From: Tubulanus polymorphus
Lineage: Eukaryota > Animalia > Nemertea
DNA length: 24,530 nucleotides
Direction of reading: 5' to 3'
Assembly: GCF_964204645.1 (NCBI RefSeq)
Contig: NC_134036.1
Span: forward strand, 6,652,574-6,677,103
The position numbers and the translations under genes were made by a program. Under the pieces are notes generated by a model. That model worked only from the letters and a program-made list of their open reading frames with translations, was not told the DNA's origin and searched no databases. The stretch's first letter is position 1, and each line of letters starts with the position of its first letter. Below, in pieces: positions 1 through 10,404 of the stretch.

Positions 1-2637
1 CGCGCGCGCAGGCAGGCCCGCCCGCCGCCGCCGCCCTCGGGCCGCCTCTCTACTACCGATCGATCGATCGATCGATCGAGAACCTCCGCGGGCGACGCCG
101 GCGCACGTTCCGGCGAAGAACCGAAGCTCCGACGGCGGACCGCTCGTCGCGCGACGAAGGCCCGAGTCGGACTCGGCCCTTTCATCACGCACCACGTACG
201 TTCGACCGAGCCTTCTCTCTCCGATTGTTACGACTTATTTCTAGACGGCGTACCGACGGCAACTGCCAGGCAACGCCAGCGCACACTCCGCTTTAGCGGA
301 GACCGATAACGTTACCGGGCGACTAACTGCGGTAACGCGGGCGCCGACCGTAACCCGGCGCGCGGAGACCGCCGTCGCTTCTTACGCGTTCCGCCTGAGC
401 GGAGACCGATAACGTTACCGGGCGACCAACTCCGGTAACGCGGGCGCCGACCGTAACCCGACGCGCAGAGACCATCACTTCTTACGCACGCACGCACGCG
501 GCCCGCCTGAGCGGAGACCGATAACGTTACCGGGCGACCAACTCCGGTAACGCGGGCGCCGACCGTAGCCCGGCGCGCAGAGACCGTCGTCACTTCTTAC
601 GCACGCACGCGGCCCGCCTGAGCGGAGACCGATAACGTTACCGGGCGACCAACTCCGGTATCGCGGGCGCCGACCGTAACCCGACGCGCAGAGACCATCA
701 CTTCTTACGCACGCACGCGGTCCGCCTGAGCGGAGACCGATAACGTTACCGGGCGACCAACTCCGGTAACGCGGGCGCCGACCGTAGCCCGGCGCGCGGA
801 GACCGTCGTCACTTCTTACGCACGCGGCCCGCCCGAGCGGAGACCGATAACGTTACCGGGCGACCAACTCCGGTAACGCGGGCGCCGACCGTAGCCCGGC
901 GCGCGGAGACCGTCGTCACTTCTTACGCACGCGGCCCGCCTGAGCGGAGACCGATAACGTTACCGGGCGACCAACTCCGGTATCGCGGGCGCCGACCGTA
1001 ACCCGACGCGCAGAGACCGTCGTCACTTCTTACGCACGCACGCGGTCCGCCTGAGCGGAGACCGATAACGTTACCGGGCGACCAACTCCGGTAACGCGGG
1101 CGCCGACCGTAACCCGACGCGCAGAGACCATCACTTCTTACGCACGCACGCGGTCCGCCCGAGCGGAGACCGATAACGTTACCGGGCGACTAACTCCGGT
1201 AACGCGGGCGCCGACCGTAACCGAGCACTACCGACCCTTCTAGCGTCAATTCGCCGCGACCGCAGCCGCTACCGTTACTGTTACGACTTATTTCTAGACA
1301 CCATCGACCTACCGACTCGGGCGGGAGGGCGGGCGGGCCTCGTTCGTGCCGCCTCCGGCCGGCCGGCCGCGCCGCCGCCTTCGACCGACCGACTGGTCGC
1401 CCGTTCACTATCCCTACACATATAGCGACCTGGCCTATTTCCGTTCTCGTCCGAGCCTCGGATACTCGGAGCTCTACACTCCCACTTAGAGTCTGGACTC
1501 TGTCGTTTTTCGGAAATCTACTCTACTCGCTTGCCGACCACGCGCGCGCGCGCAGGCAGGCAGGCAGGCCCGACGGCCCGAGTCGGACTCGGCCCTTCGT
1601 CGCGCACCACGTTCGTTCGACCGACCCTTCTCCGATTGTTACGACTTATTTCTAGACGGCGTACCGACGGCAACTGCCAGGCAACGCCAGCGCACACTCC
1701 GCCTGAGCGGAGACCGATAACGTTACCGGGCGACCAACTCCGGTAACGCGGGCGCCGACCGTAGCCCGGCGCGCAGAGACCGTCGTCACTTCTTACGCAC
1801 GCACGCGGCCCGCCTGAGCGGAGACCGATAACGTTACCGGGCGACCAACTCCGGTATCGCGGGCGCCGACCGTAGCCCGGCGCGCAGAGACCGTCGTCAC
1901 TTCTTACGCACGCACGCGGCCCGCCTGAGCGGAGACCGATAACGTTACCGGGCGACCAACTCCGGTATCGCGGGCGCCGACCGTAACCCGGCGCGCAGAG
2001 ACCGTCGTCACTTCTTACGCACGCGGCCCGCCTGAGCGGAGACCGATAACGTTACCGGGCGACCAACTCCGGTATCGCGGGCGCCGACCGTAACCCGACG
2101 CGCAGAGACCATCACTTCTTACGCGCGCACGCGGTCCGCCTGAGCGGAGACCGATAACGTTACCGGGCGACCAACTCCGGTATCGCGGGCGCCGACCGTA
2201 ACCCGACGCGCAGAGACCATCACTTCTTACGCGCGCACGCGGTCCGCCTGAGCGGAGACCGATAACGTTAACGGGCGACCAACTCCGGTAACGCGGGCGC
2301 CGACCGTAACCGAGCACTACCGACCCTTCTAGCGTCAATTCGCCGCGACCGCAGCCGCTACCGTTACTGTTACGACTTATTTCTAGACACCATCGACCTA
2401 CCGACTCGGGCGGGCGGGCCTCGTTCGTGCGGCCTCCGGCCGGCCGGCCGCGCCGCCGCCTTCGACCGACCGACTGGTCGCCCGTTCACTATCCCTACAC
2501 ATATAGCGACCTGGCCTATTTCCGTTCTCGTCCGAGCCTCGGATACTCGGAGCTCTACACTCCCACTTAGAGTCTGGACTCTGTCGTTTTTCGGAAATCT
2601 ACTCTACTCGCTTGCCGACCGCGCGCGCGCGCGCGCG

Positions 2638-2673
<36 letters not shown>

Positions 2674-3127
2674 CCCGACGGCCCGAGTCGGACTCGGCCC
2701 TTCGTCGCGCACCACGTTCGTTCGACCGACCCTTCTCCGATTGTTACGACTTATTTCTAGACGGCGTACCGACGGCAACTGCCAGGCAACGCCAGCGCAC
2801 ACTCCGCCCGAGCGGAGACCGATAACGTTACCGGGCGACCAACTCCGGTAACGCGCGGGCGCCGACCGTAGCCCGGCGCGCGGAGACCGTCGTCACTTCT
2901 TACGCACGCGGCCCGCCTGAGCGGAGACCGATAGATAACGTTACCGGGCGACCAACTCCGGTATCGCGGGCGCCGACCGTAACCCGACGCGCGGAGACCG
3001 CCGTCGCTTCTTACGCACGCACGCGGCCCGCCTGAGCGGAGACCGATAACGTTACCGGGCGACCAACTCCGGTAACGCGGGCGCCGACCGTAACCCGACG
3101 CGCGGAGACCGCCGTCGCTTCTTACGC
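1..3127. repeat. Higher-order tandem repeat: arrays of a ~103-115 bp GC-rich monomer (9, 6 and 3 copies) separated by a repeated ~480-bp spacer
   Basis: GCGGAGACCGATA recurs at 296, 399, 511, 622, 730, 837, 944, 1055, 1163; 1707, 1818, 1929, 2036, 2144, 2252; 2812, 2921, 3036. Spacers ~1222-1697 and ~2312-2803 are near identical. The array stops abruptly at ~3127. Confidence 0.95.
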
Positions 3128-4580
3128 AAGAACCAAGCAAGAATTTCCCCCGTGAAATGTGCAGCAAGGCTTCCATGCAAAGAAGTCGCTAGGTTCACCA
3201 TAGCAGGAGCCACAGTGGCGGACAGCCATTCAAGTGTACACTTCGCAAGAATACATACGTGCGGTGAAGCACCTAACGAACAAACATTACACACATGGTG
3301 CTTATGATAATGCTAATGAAGAAAGAGCAAGTCATTGGACTTGTTATAGTAAATTCGAGCCAGGGGAATAGGTACATGATCGTGGGGGTAGAAGTGAACA
3401 TAGTCGTCGTTTCGCTGGACGCAACACGCTGCTGCATGGACGAGCATTCGTCACGCAGTTTTTTTTTGCTTAAAACTACGGCGTGGAACAGCAACACCGG
3501 TAGAAATCTTTCGTAGTGACTCTACGAGCTGAAATGTCGCTGCCGCAGATTGCGCAAACATACGGGCAAGCGAGGCTTTCCGTAGGTTTTAGCTTTATAT
3601 CGGACTTAACTGGGCGTAATTTTAGGAATATACTTAATAAATTCAGTTACATCATTTAATCCCATTAAATGAAGTTTTGTTAACTGCTTTTTAAAAAGCA
3701 TTGTATCCAGTTCCAGGTCCAAGCTTTTTTAACCTCTTAATGAGAGGGCAGCCTTCAGAACATACTTCAACTTTTTCTCAGAACTGCTTTCATTCTGCAT
3801 TCGGACAATGATTAAATATAAAGCTAGCAATCGACAAAGAGAATTTCCCTTTAACAGGAATAGATACAGCACACGAAATAAAAGTGGCACCTGGAAAGAA
3901 TAAATGAAGCCTCGTTTTTCAAATATAATACACAGCATAGTTCACCGAAGCGTCATACAAAATACAGTAAATTAGACTCGAATGGCTCCGTACAAACTAA
4001 GAAAGAGTTGATATAAAAAGGTCAGACAGTATCAAACTTCAGAATATTAAGTAACATATTGCACACCAAAAAGATAGTGTTAAGTAATTAGTTAAATGGT
4101 TTTCATGTTATCCCCTACTCCTACGTCTGATATCTGGGTCGTTTTCGTTACGGCGCATTATTTCTTTGAAGGACAATGGATACTACATTTTTTTAACCCT
4201 CAACCCAAGATATTTATATATCGTAAAGCCCAATGACGTAGTGGTGTCATAATGGCATACTCACCATCAATGCAGATAAAATTGATAGAGGCAGGCCATA
4301 ACCTGGACTTGTTTTGAAACAACGGGGAAAATCTCTGTTTAGTTTCGTTTAGTTTATTGGTCATATATGCATTAATCATGAACAGACAAACTTACAACTA
4401 GGTTACATATACATAGAATATATGTTCGCGTCTAGTGAACGACGAACGACCGGTATGATTGAGTATTTACGGGTTTATTACAAACGTTATTTAAATATGT
4501 AGTACAGTATAAACGGTAAGCACAAAAGTCGTCGTACCATCGGCGGTCGGTCGCTGCGTCTACGTGGTTGCAGCGGCACC

Positions 4581-5292
4581 CTGAAAAGAACGTACGACGG
4601 GAACGTTAAGCTAGCTGTCGTGCCGTCGGCGGCTTTCTACGGCGAGCGACGCGAACGACGAAGCTTACCTTGAATTCGGATTGTCAGCCGATCTGCTGTC
4701 ATTGATCGTAGGCGGCGTCCGCCGTTTTCAGGGAATGCGCCAGGTGTTTCGCTAGCGCCTGCTGAATATCTCACGCCATACTGCGTTGAGACACTTGGAC
4801 ATAAGCTGAAAGCGTGAAAGAGGAGACGTTATAGGCGGCGGCGGCGGCGGCGGCGGTCTACTCCGGTCGGCCGCGGGTTACTTACCAACGAAGACAATTT
4901 GTCCCCGTAACGCGTGGTGAACAAATAGTCGTGTTCGTGTCGGCCGTCGAGAAAGAATCGGCGCGTATTGTGCCCGTATTTCTTCAGCATGCGATATATT
5001 TTGGCGTCGACGATGAGTTAGCACGCCTGTCCGCTTTTCGTCGTCTTGTGAGTTAAAACCTGACGACGTATCTGGTTTCGTTTTCGGCGTCGGTAACTTT
5101 GCATGCTATCTTCAGCCGCGAGTATTCGACGTTTGACGGGTCGCCACCCCGCTTCCCGACGCTGATGACTAGCGTCAGCATCAGGTAGTTCCTGGCGCGA
5201 AGAGCTTTCGACTGCGTCAACGACGCCGGCTTCGAATAAAGAAGTTTCCAGTTTCCAGGCGCCATTTTGTGGCGGTCCCTCGAGGTCTCCAT
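4581..5292 (-). pseudogene. Decayed spliced tyrosine recombinase (YR-2), catalytic domain
   Basis: Manual translation gives RNYLMLTLVISVGKRGGDPSNV (catalytic Arg), a frameshift at ~5060, VLTHKTTKSGQAC* (stop 5018-5020), LIVDAKIYRMLKKY..DYLFTTRYGDKLSSL, a GTAAGT..TTTCAG intron (4885-4806), LMSKCLNAVWRE, then in another frame LAKHLAHSLKTADAAY (His and Tyr, Tyr at 4708-4710). The xxxRK motif is missing. A second intron lies at 4668-4581. Confidence 0.8.
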
Positions 5293-5623
5293 TGTTGCGA
5301 TAATTTGAGCTCATTTTTAAAACATAAGTTTAGATTGAATATCACATAGTTCTGCAGTCCCTTGCTCGATGAACTTAATTTATACACCATTTTAAAGGAA
5401 ATAAAATGCAGATATTTGTTGGCGATTCTTGGAATTTTAGAATGCAACAATTGAGAACAGTGACGATATGAAACCAAGGACCGCATATCTTATCGCGCGT
5501 TAAAGAAATCGCGATATTTATTAATTTGAAATATCTAAGTATATCTTGAAGCTTTATTTCCAATTTTCACAGAGGTAAAAGATGGTTATTTGCAGAGAAA
5601 CGAGCGAGCGAAGAGATCCTTAC

Positions 5624-6082
5624 CTGTAAGCGAGCAGCGCCTCGTCCAAGAGGTTATTGGTTCGGTCGGCGTCGTCCTCGTCGTCGGGGTCGTCGGCCGC
5701 TCATGCATAGCCGGAAGCGTTGCGACCCTCTTCTCAAGGCGTGAGGGGTCGGTCGGGTAAGGTGTATGTCTAGCCTGGTTACCCGAATTCCGCAAAGCGG
5801 ACACTCGCGCGTTTTCGACTTCAGGTTTCGTAAACGATTCTCGCGATAGAACGCCAGGTCGGCCTGCTGATGGACCTGCCTTATATGCCGCGGCACGTCG
5901 CTTTTCTCTTCCAGGCAGACCGGACACACGGCGCGTGGACGTCCGCCGGTGGTGATCGACTTGCGGCGGCCCGGGTTGCCTTTCTTGAGAGCCATCTCCT
6001 CCGCGTCGCTGATCTCGTCGTCGTCGTCCGGGTTATCGGCGGCTCGCCCGCCTCGCTGTTCGGCGGTACGACCGGCTTCGAC
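5624..6082 (-). pseudogene. Exon encoding an acidic patch and two CPxC...H...H zinc fingers; probably the N-terminal part of the YR-2 gene
   Basis: CPVCLEEKSDVPRHIRQVH and CPLCGIRVTRLDIHLTRPTPH. A CAG|GTAAGG donor is at 5623. The frame runs upstream into the hexamer repeat, so the true start is lost. The link to YR-2 is inferred from strand, proximity and composition. Confidence 0.6.
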
Positions 6083-6243
6083 GAGGGAGAGGGAGAGGGA
6101 GAGGGAGAGGGAGAGGGAGAGGGAGGGGGAGGGGGAGGGGGAGGGGCAGGGGCAGGGGGGGAGGGGCAGGGGCAGGGGCAGGGGCAGGGGCAGGGGCAGG
6201 GGCAGGGGCAGGGGCAGGGGCAGGGGCCGGGATAGGGTTAGGG
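6083..6243 (+). repeat. G-rich hexamer microsatellite (GAGGGA)n>(GAGGGG)n>(CAGGGG)n ending in GGGATAGGGTTAGGG; G-quadruplex potential
   Basis: Directly visible in the sequence. Confidence 0.95.
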
Positions 6244-7041
6244 CCAGAATCCTACCGAGATCGGAACATTTAAAATGTGCGCATAGTCCAAAAGTGTTCA
6301 TAAAGTACGAACGTTAGAATCCTAGGATGTGCCGAAGGACAAGTCGGCCTTTAGGCACATACCTTTTTGCCTTTGTGCACACTTCTGCACCCCTTATGCA
6401 CACTTCTCTTCCCTTGGGCACATCGACGTGACTTAGGCACACAATTTTTTAATCGCGTTTCGACGCTCTCCCGACGGGTCCGTATCGGGCCCGGCCGTTC
6501 GGGCGCTTACGGGCGCGGCAAACGGCCGAAACTCCGGGGGTGGCTAGACCCCCTCCCGTACTACGGCTACCGACCTTTTCGAGGGTCTGGGCCGGGCGCA
6601 AGTTAGGGAATTCCCTCGGGATCCCCCCTAAGTCGGAACGAAATTTCGTCCAAAAAAATTTCTAAGTCAGAAAAAAAAAATTTTTTTCTCCCTAAAGCGC
6701 CCCCTACGGTAATAGAATTGTTCCATTTCGCGTGGAGAACTCTGCAAAAATTGTCTTCCAGTTTAGAACGTAAGGGAACGTTGTTTTCGCCTTTTTCGTT
6801 GTTTTCCTCAAGTGTTAAGCCGGCCCATGGGCACTTAAAAAAACGCCCCCTATAATTGAAAATCAAAACCTCCCACGACGTCGAATGACTCCCTGAGAAC
6901 ATCGCCCAGGCCTTGGATACCCGAAATTGCTACCGGTAGTAGGGGATTCCCCAGTTCGGGGATACGTTTAGGGCAACGACCTATCCCGTATTTTGGGCAC
7001 TCCCGCGCAGCATTTCGCGGGAATAATCTTCTCTAAGTACA

Positions 7042-7146
7042 GTGTGCGTAAAAGCCATCCGGTTAGAGGTATACCCATACGGTCGGGTTCGAATCCCGAA
7101 TTAATCGTGTGTGCCCATAAGCCATCCGGTTAGAAATATCCCTAGG
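7042..7146 (+). ncRNA. tRNA-like / Pol III type-2 promoter unit plus a partial second copy
   Basis: A-box/D-arm-like AAGCCATCCGGTTAG at 7052 and a perfect T-arm TCGGG-TTCGAAT-CCCGA at 7083-7099 containing the B box GGTTCGAATCC. No complete anticodon arm or acceptor stem. Confidence 0.45.
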
Positions 7147-8095
7147 TAAAAGGTATCCCTAAATCGGACGTTGAGCACACCAAAACGAGAAAAAATGTTT
7201 TTTAAAAACGCATTTCTTAAGGGGCAGACTACGACATTCGGGTGCTCTGGGGTGTGTAGAATCGCGTGGTGGTATCGGTTTTTCGATCAGAATCGCGGTT
7301 TTCTAACTAGAAGCTAGTCCGACTATTTTCCGATCGAAAAAAAGGCATGTGCGTAAGGGCAACGAGAAATCTTTGAAGTCCGAATTCTCGGTAGTCCCTG
7401 GACCGAATCTGGATTTGTAAAAGGAAAACGTCGCTCTTTATTAGAGCTTTCAAATGAGACCGGAAACGGGGATCTACGTCCAGTAATAAGGACTCTAGAG
7501 TCGTTTAAAGCGAAAATCAAATTTGTGAAATGATCTCGACTTTCGAATCAAGTAAAGGTGATACTCACCTTAACCTCATTTTTTGGCCGATTCAGGGCAG
7601 ACCTGGGCTATGTTAGGGGGTCTATAAACCGGATGTTCCGGTAGTACAGGTCTTCCTGAACGTTTTGGCTTAGGTGACTCGAAAATCGGTCCAGGGGTTT
7701 AGGAGCGGTGACCCCCGAAAGGTGGGGGGGGGGGTCGATGTGCGTAAGGGCCAAATCGGTTTCTCGAAACAGCTCTTCCACCGGAAGTGTCGGGTGTGGA
7801 GATTTGAACTTCCGGTCACGCGTTAAGGGTCCCACAGGGAATCTATACACGAAAAAATGGGCGTCGTCGGACGTATCCTTCCGGAGTTATTTCGTTTATT
7901 TTACAGCCCTGAATATTGTTTGACCCCTCAAAACGGTACCCGGCCTATTCATGAGACCCAGCGCACGTCAGTAGCGGACGAGGCCTCTAGACTCCGCTCG
8001 AGGTCGTCAGGAGTCTGCGCATGCGCGGCATGACGCGTTAAGACCCCAGGGGTCGGCCCCGGGACCGGGTATTCGAAAAAGGCTTTTGAAATAGA

Positions 8096-8371
8096 GTGTG
8101 CGCAAAAGCCATCCGGTTAGAGGTATCCCTATACTGACAGCCTCAAAGTAGAATGTGCGTAAAGTCCATCGTATCAGAAGTATCCCTATACAATCATGTT
8201 CGAATCCCGAACTAAATTATTAGCGTGTGCGTAAAGTCCATCCTGTTAGAAGTATCCCTATACAATCATGTTCGAATCCCGAATTAAATTATTAGCGTGT
8301 GCGTAAAGTCCATCCTGTTAGAAGTATCCCTATACAATCAGGTTCGAATCCCGGATGAGTGATTTTTTTTT
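8096..8371 (+). repeat. 72-bp tandem repeat (~2.8 copies plus an upstream partial) of the same tRNA-like unit, followed by a poly-T run
   Basis: AAAGTCCATC at 8161, 8233 and 8305 (period 72). Each unit contains GTTCGAATCCCG. A T-run follows at ~8363-8371. Confidence 0.85.
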
Positions 8372-8544
8372 AGGATCAAAATCGTTATAATTCCTCATTT
8401 TTCAGATGTGTCCGGGTTTTTGCTAGAAATCCTCGTTTGATGACCGAAAAGTGATAACAATAAGAGTGAAATTCGATATATCTAAATCATTTATTCAAAG
8501 GTTTCTCAGGTATTGCCTCAATTTTTCAACACCGTATTTATTTA

Positions 8545-9829
8545 CTATTTTTGTATGTCTTTATTCTTTTCTGCGACAAGCACTATTCTCCATGCTGGCA
8601 TGTACTTTTTGAACGCGGCCCGAATCGCCTTCACCCCCTCCGTTGCATATCTTGTTCGCTTTTTTACGCGCTGCAAAACAAAATGGATAAGAATGATCCT
8701 GAAACTGTCTTGGTTGGCGGAAACAAATAAAAATGAACTTACCACCGATACGTCGGTTGTGCTGGATGAGGCTAGGCTTATATTTTGTTCTCGGTCGGAA
8801 CTGTCTTCTTCGTCTTCTTCATCGTTTGTTTGACCTCGTTCCTCGCTTCGTTCGCCTGGTTCAACATCTTCAGTGCCGACATCTGCGTCTTCCGGGGGGC
8901 ACTCGTTCCTGCCTCCGATTCCATTTCTATTTCTTCCGGGGGGCACTCGTTCCGGCCTCCGATTCCGTTCGAGGTTTTTTTGTTAAGACACCTGTTTCGA
9001 GCTGACAAAAAGAAAGAACTGGTTATGCTTGATGAAACAAAATTGTGTCTATTACAGCCTACCCCGAATGTCCGTTTTACGGCTTTGCTCACGTCGATGG
9101 TTCCTTTGTGTCCATCCTTTAAGTTGTAGAACCTTTGAGCTGTCTTTTCACTGTGTAACATGTAGTGCGATAATTGCGTTCGCAATCGCGGATTCTTATC
9201 TGCCATGGCGGTCATAATGGATTTTCGGATTATCGTAGGCGTAACCTGTCTTTTTCCAATGGTCAACTTTACGTACTGTTGTAAAGGTCTGAGAAACATA
9301 TCATGAATTAGTCGCTGAATTTCATTTCCTAAAATGATTGATACAATTACTGACCGGTTGAGGTAATGAAACGGAAGAACACCTCCATCGAAGTTACGCC
9401 AAATCGTTTGGTCTGGTTCGTTGTCGAATCGCTTCGCGAATGTTTTCAGAAATCCAAATGGTACAGATTCAAGGTGAATATACCCGGCACCATACTTAGC
9501 GGTTGTCTTGTGCGGTATAACCTGAAAAAGAAAATAGATAATAATCGCTGAATAGTTCAGATACTTTGAACAATGAATGGGCTATACCTTGATCGTATAC
9601 GTATTATCGACATCTTTCTTCGCATCATTAATCGCGCTCGGGGTAATGCCAACGGTTAGCGAAGGGCGGCTTGCTCCCAACGCAGTAACCACGAACAACA
9701 CGAAGTTGCGTACAATGCAGTACTCCTCTGCAGTCAACGACGTCGGCTTTTTCTTTAACAGTTCTACTGCTGCTTTTGATGTCTCCGATTGTAGAATTTT
9801 TTTAACATCATCACAGTCAAGCAGTAGTT
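8545..9829 (-). pseudogene. Multi-exon tyrosine recombinase (YR-1); 5' exon not found, two frameshifts in the acidic tail
   Basis: Predicted GT-AG introns 9587-9522, 9354-9289, 9062-9002 and 8742-8671, plus an acceptor at 9830. The spliced product reads RNFVLFVVTALGASRPS..YTIK|VIPHKTTAKYG..IWRNFDGGVL..HYLNR|PLQQY..VTPTIIRKS..SHYMLHSEKTAQRFY, giving the R, K, xxxR, H and Y catalytic set. Confidence 0.85.
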
Positions 9830-9935
9830 CTACAAAAAAGATTAAACATGACAGGAAAAATTCACCCTTAGTCACTGCATGCAGTGTATGTATGTATGAG
9901 TAGTGATGGTGGGTTACTATAGGCCCGTGGTTAAA

Positions 9936-10078
9936 TTGTGGTTGTGGTTAAATCCAAGATGGCGGCTGTCATGTGATCCAAGATGGCGTCCGTCCAAGAT
10001 GGCGGCTGTGGTCACGTGATCAAAGATGGCGCCCCGATCCAAGATGGCGGTTGTGGTCACGTGATCAAAGATGGCGGA
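9936..10078. promoter_or_regulatory. Cluster of six AAGATGGCG (YY1-type) motifs, three E-boxes (GTCA[C/T]GTGAT) and TGTGGT motifs between the divergent YR-1 and PC4 genes
   Basis: AAGATGGCG at 9956, 9980, 9996, 10023, 10041, 10068; E-boxes at 9968, 10011, 10056. Function is inferred. Confidence 0.6.
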
Positions 10079-10404
10079 TTTTGAAATTTCGATGGATGCT
10101 TACACCAGCTGTTACCCGATTACTCATGCGATAATCCGCGTTCGAATAGATTAAACAATACCAAATAACGACAGTTATATATTTCAAACAATGTTACATA
10201 TGTGAAACCATTGCCACGACACAAAAACAAGTGCGGGCAAGAATATTTATGCAATAGATTTACATCATAGGTCGAAAAGTTATCATTTAGTTACCAGCCA
10301 TCAAGGGGTAAACATCGTCACGATCGCAAAGGAATATATTAAAATGGAGCCGACTAGTTCATCGTATCTCTCCGCGGTCTCTGCATATCGTAGAAGTCGA
10401 TGAT

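Noticed and set aside
288-3127. CRISPR array or protein-coding ORFs in the repeat region
   Set aside because: Monomers are contiguous with no unique spacers, there are no cas genes and the context is eukaryotic. The ORFs are translations of the repeat.
3128-3600. Cys/His-rich minus-strand reading fragments (CAICGSD, HVCNVC, HCGSC)
   Set aside because: Broken across frames and stops; no family could be recognised.
5870-6317. GE/GQ and RE/RG repeat proteins on the plus strand
   Set aside because: These are translations of the hexamer microsatellite.
6934-6945. GTAGTAG as the Polinton left terminus
   Set aside because: Too short, and no partner TIR or TSD is available in the window.
7042-7105. 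Functional tRNA gene
   Set aside because: No 7-nt anticodon loop or acceptor stem; kept only as tRNA-like.
8016-8026. NRF1-like palindrome TGCGCATGCGC
   Set aside because: A single short motif with no linked transcription start.
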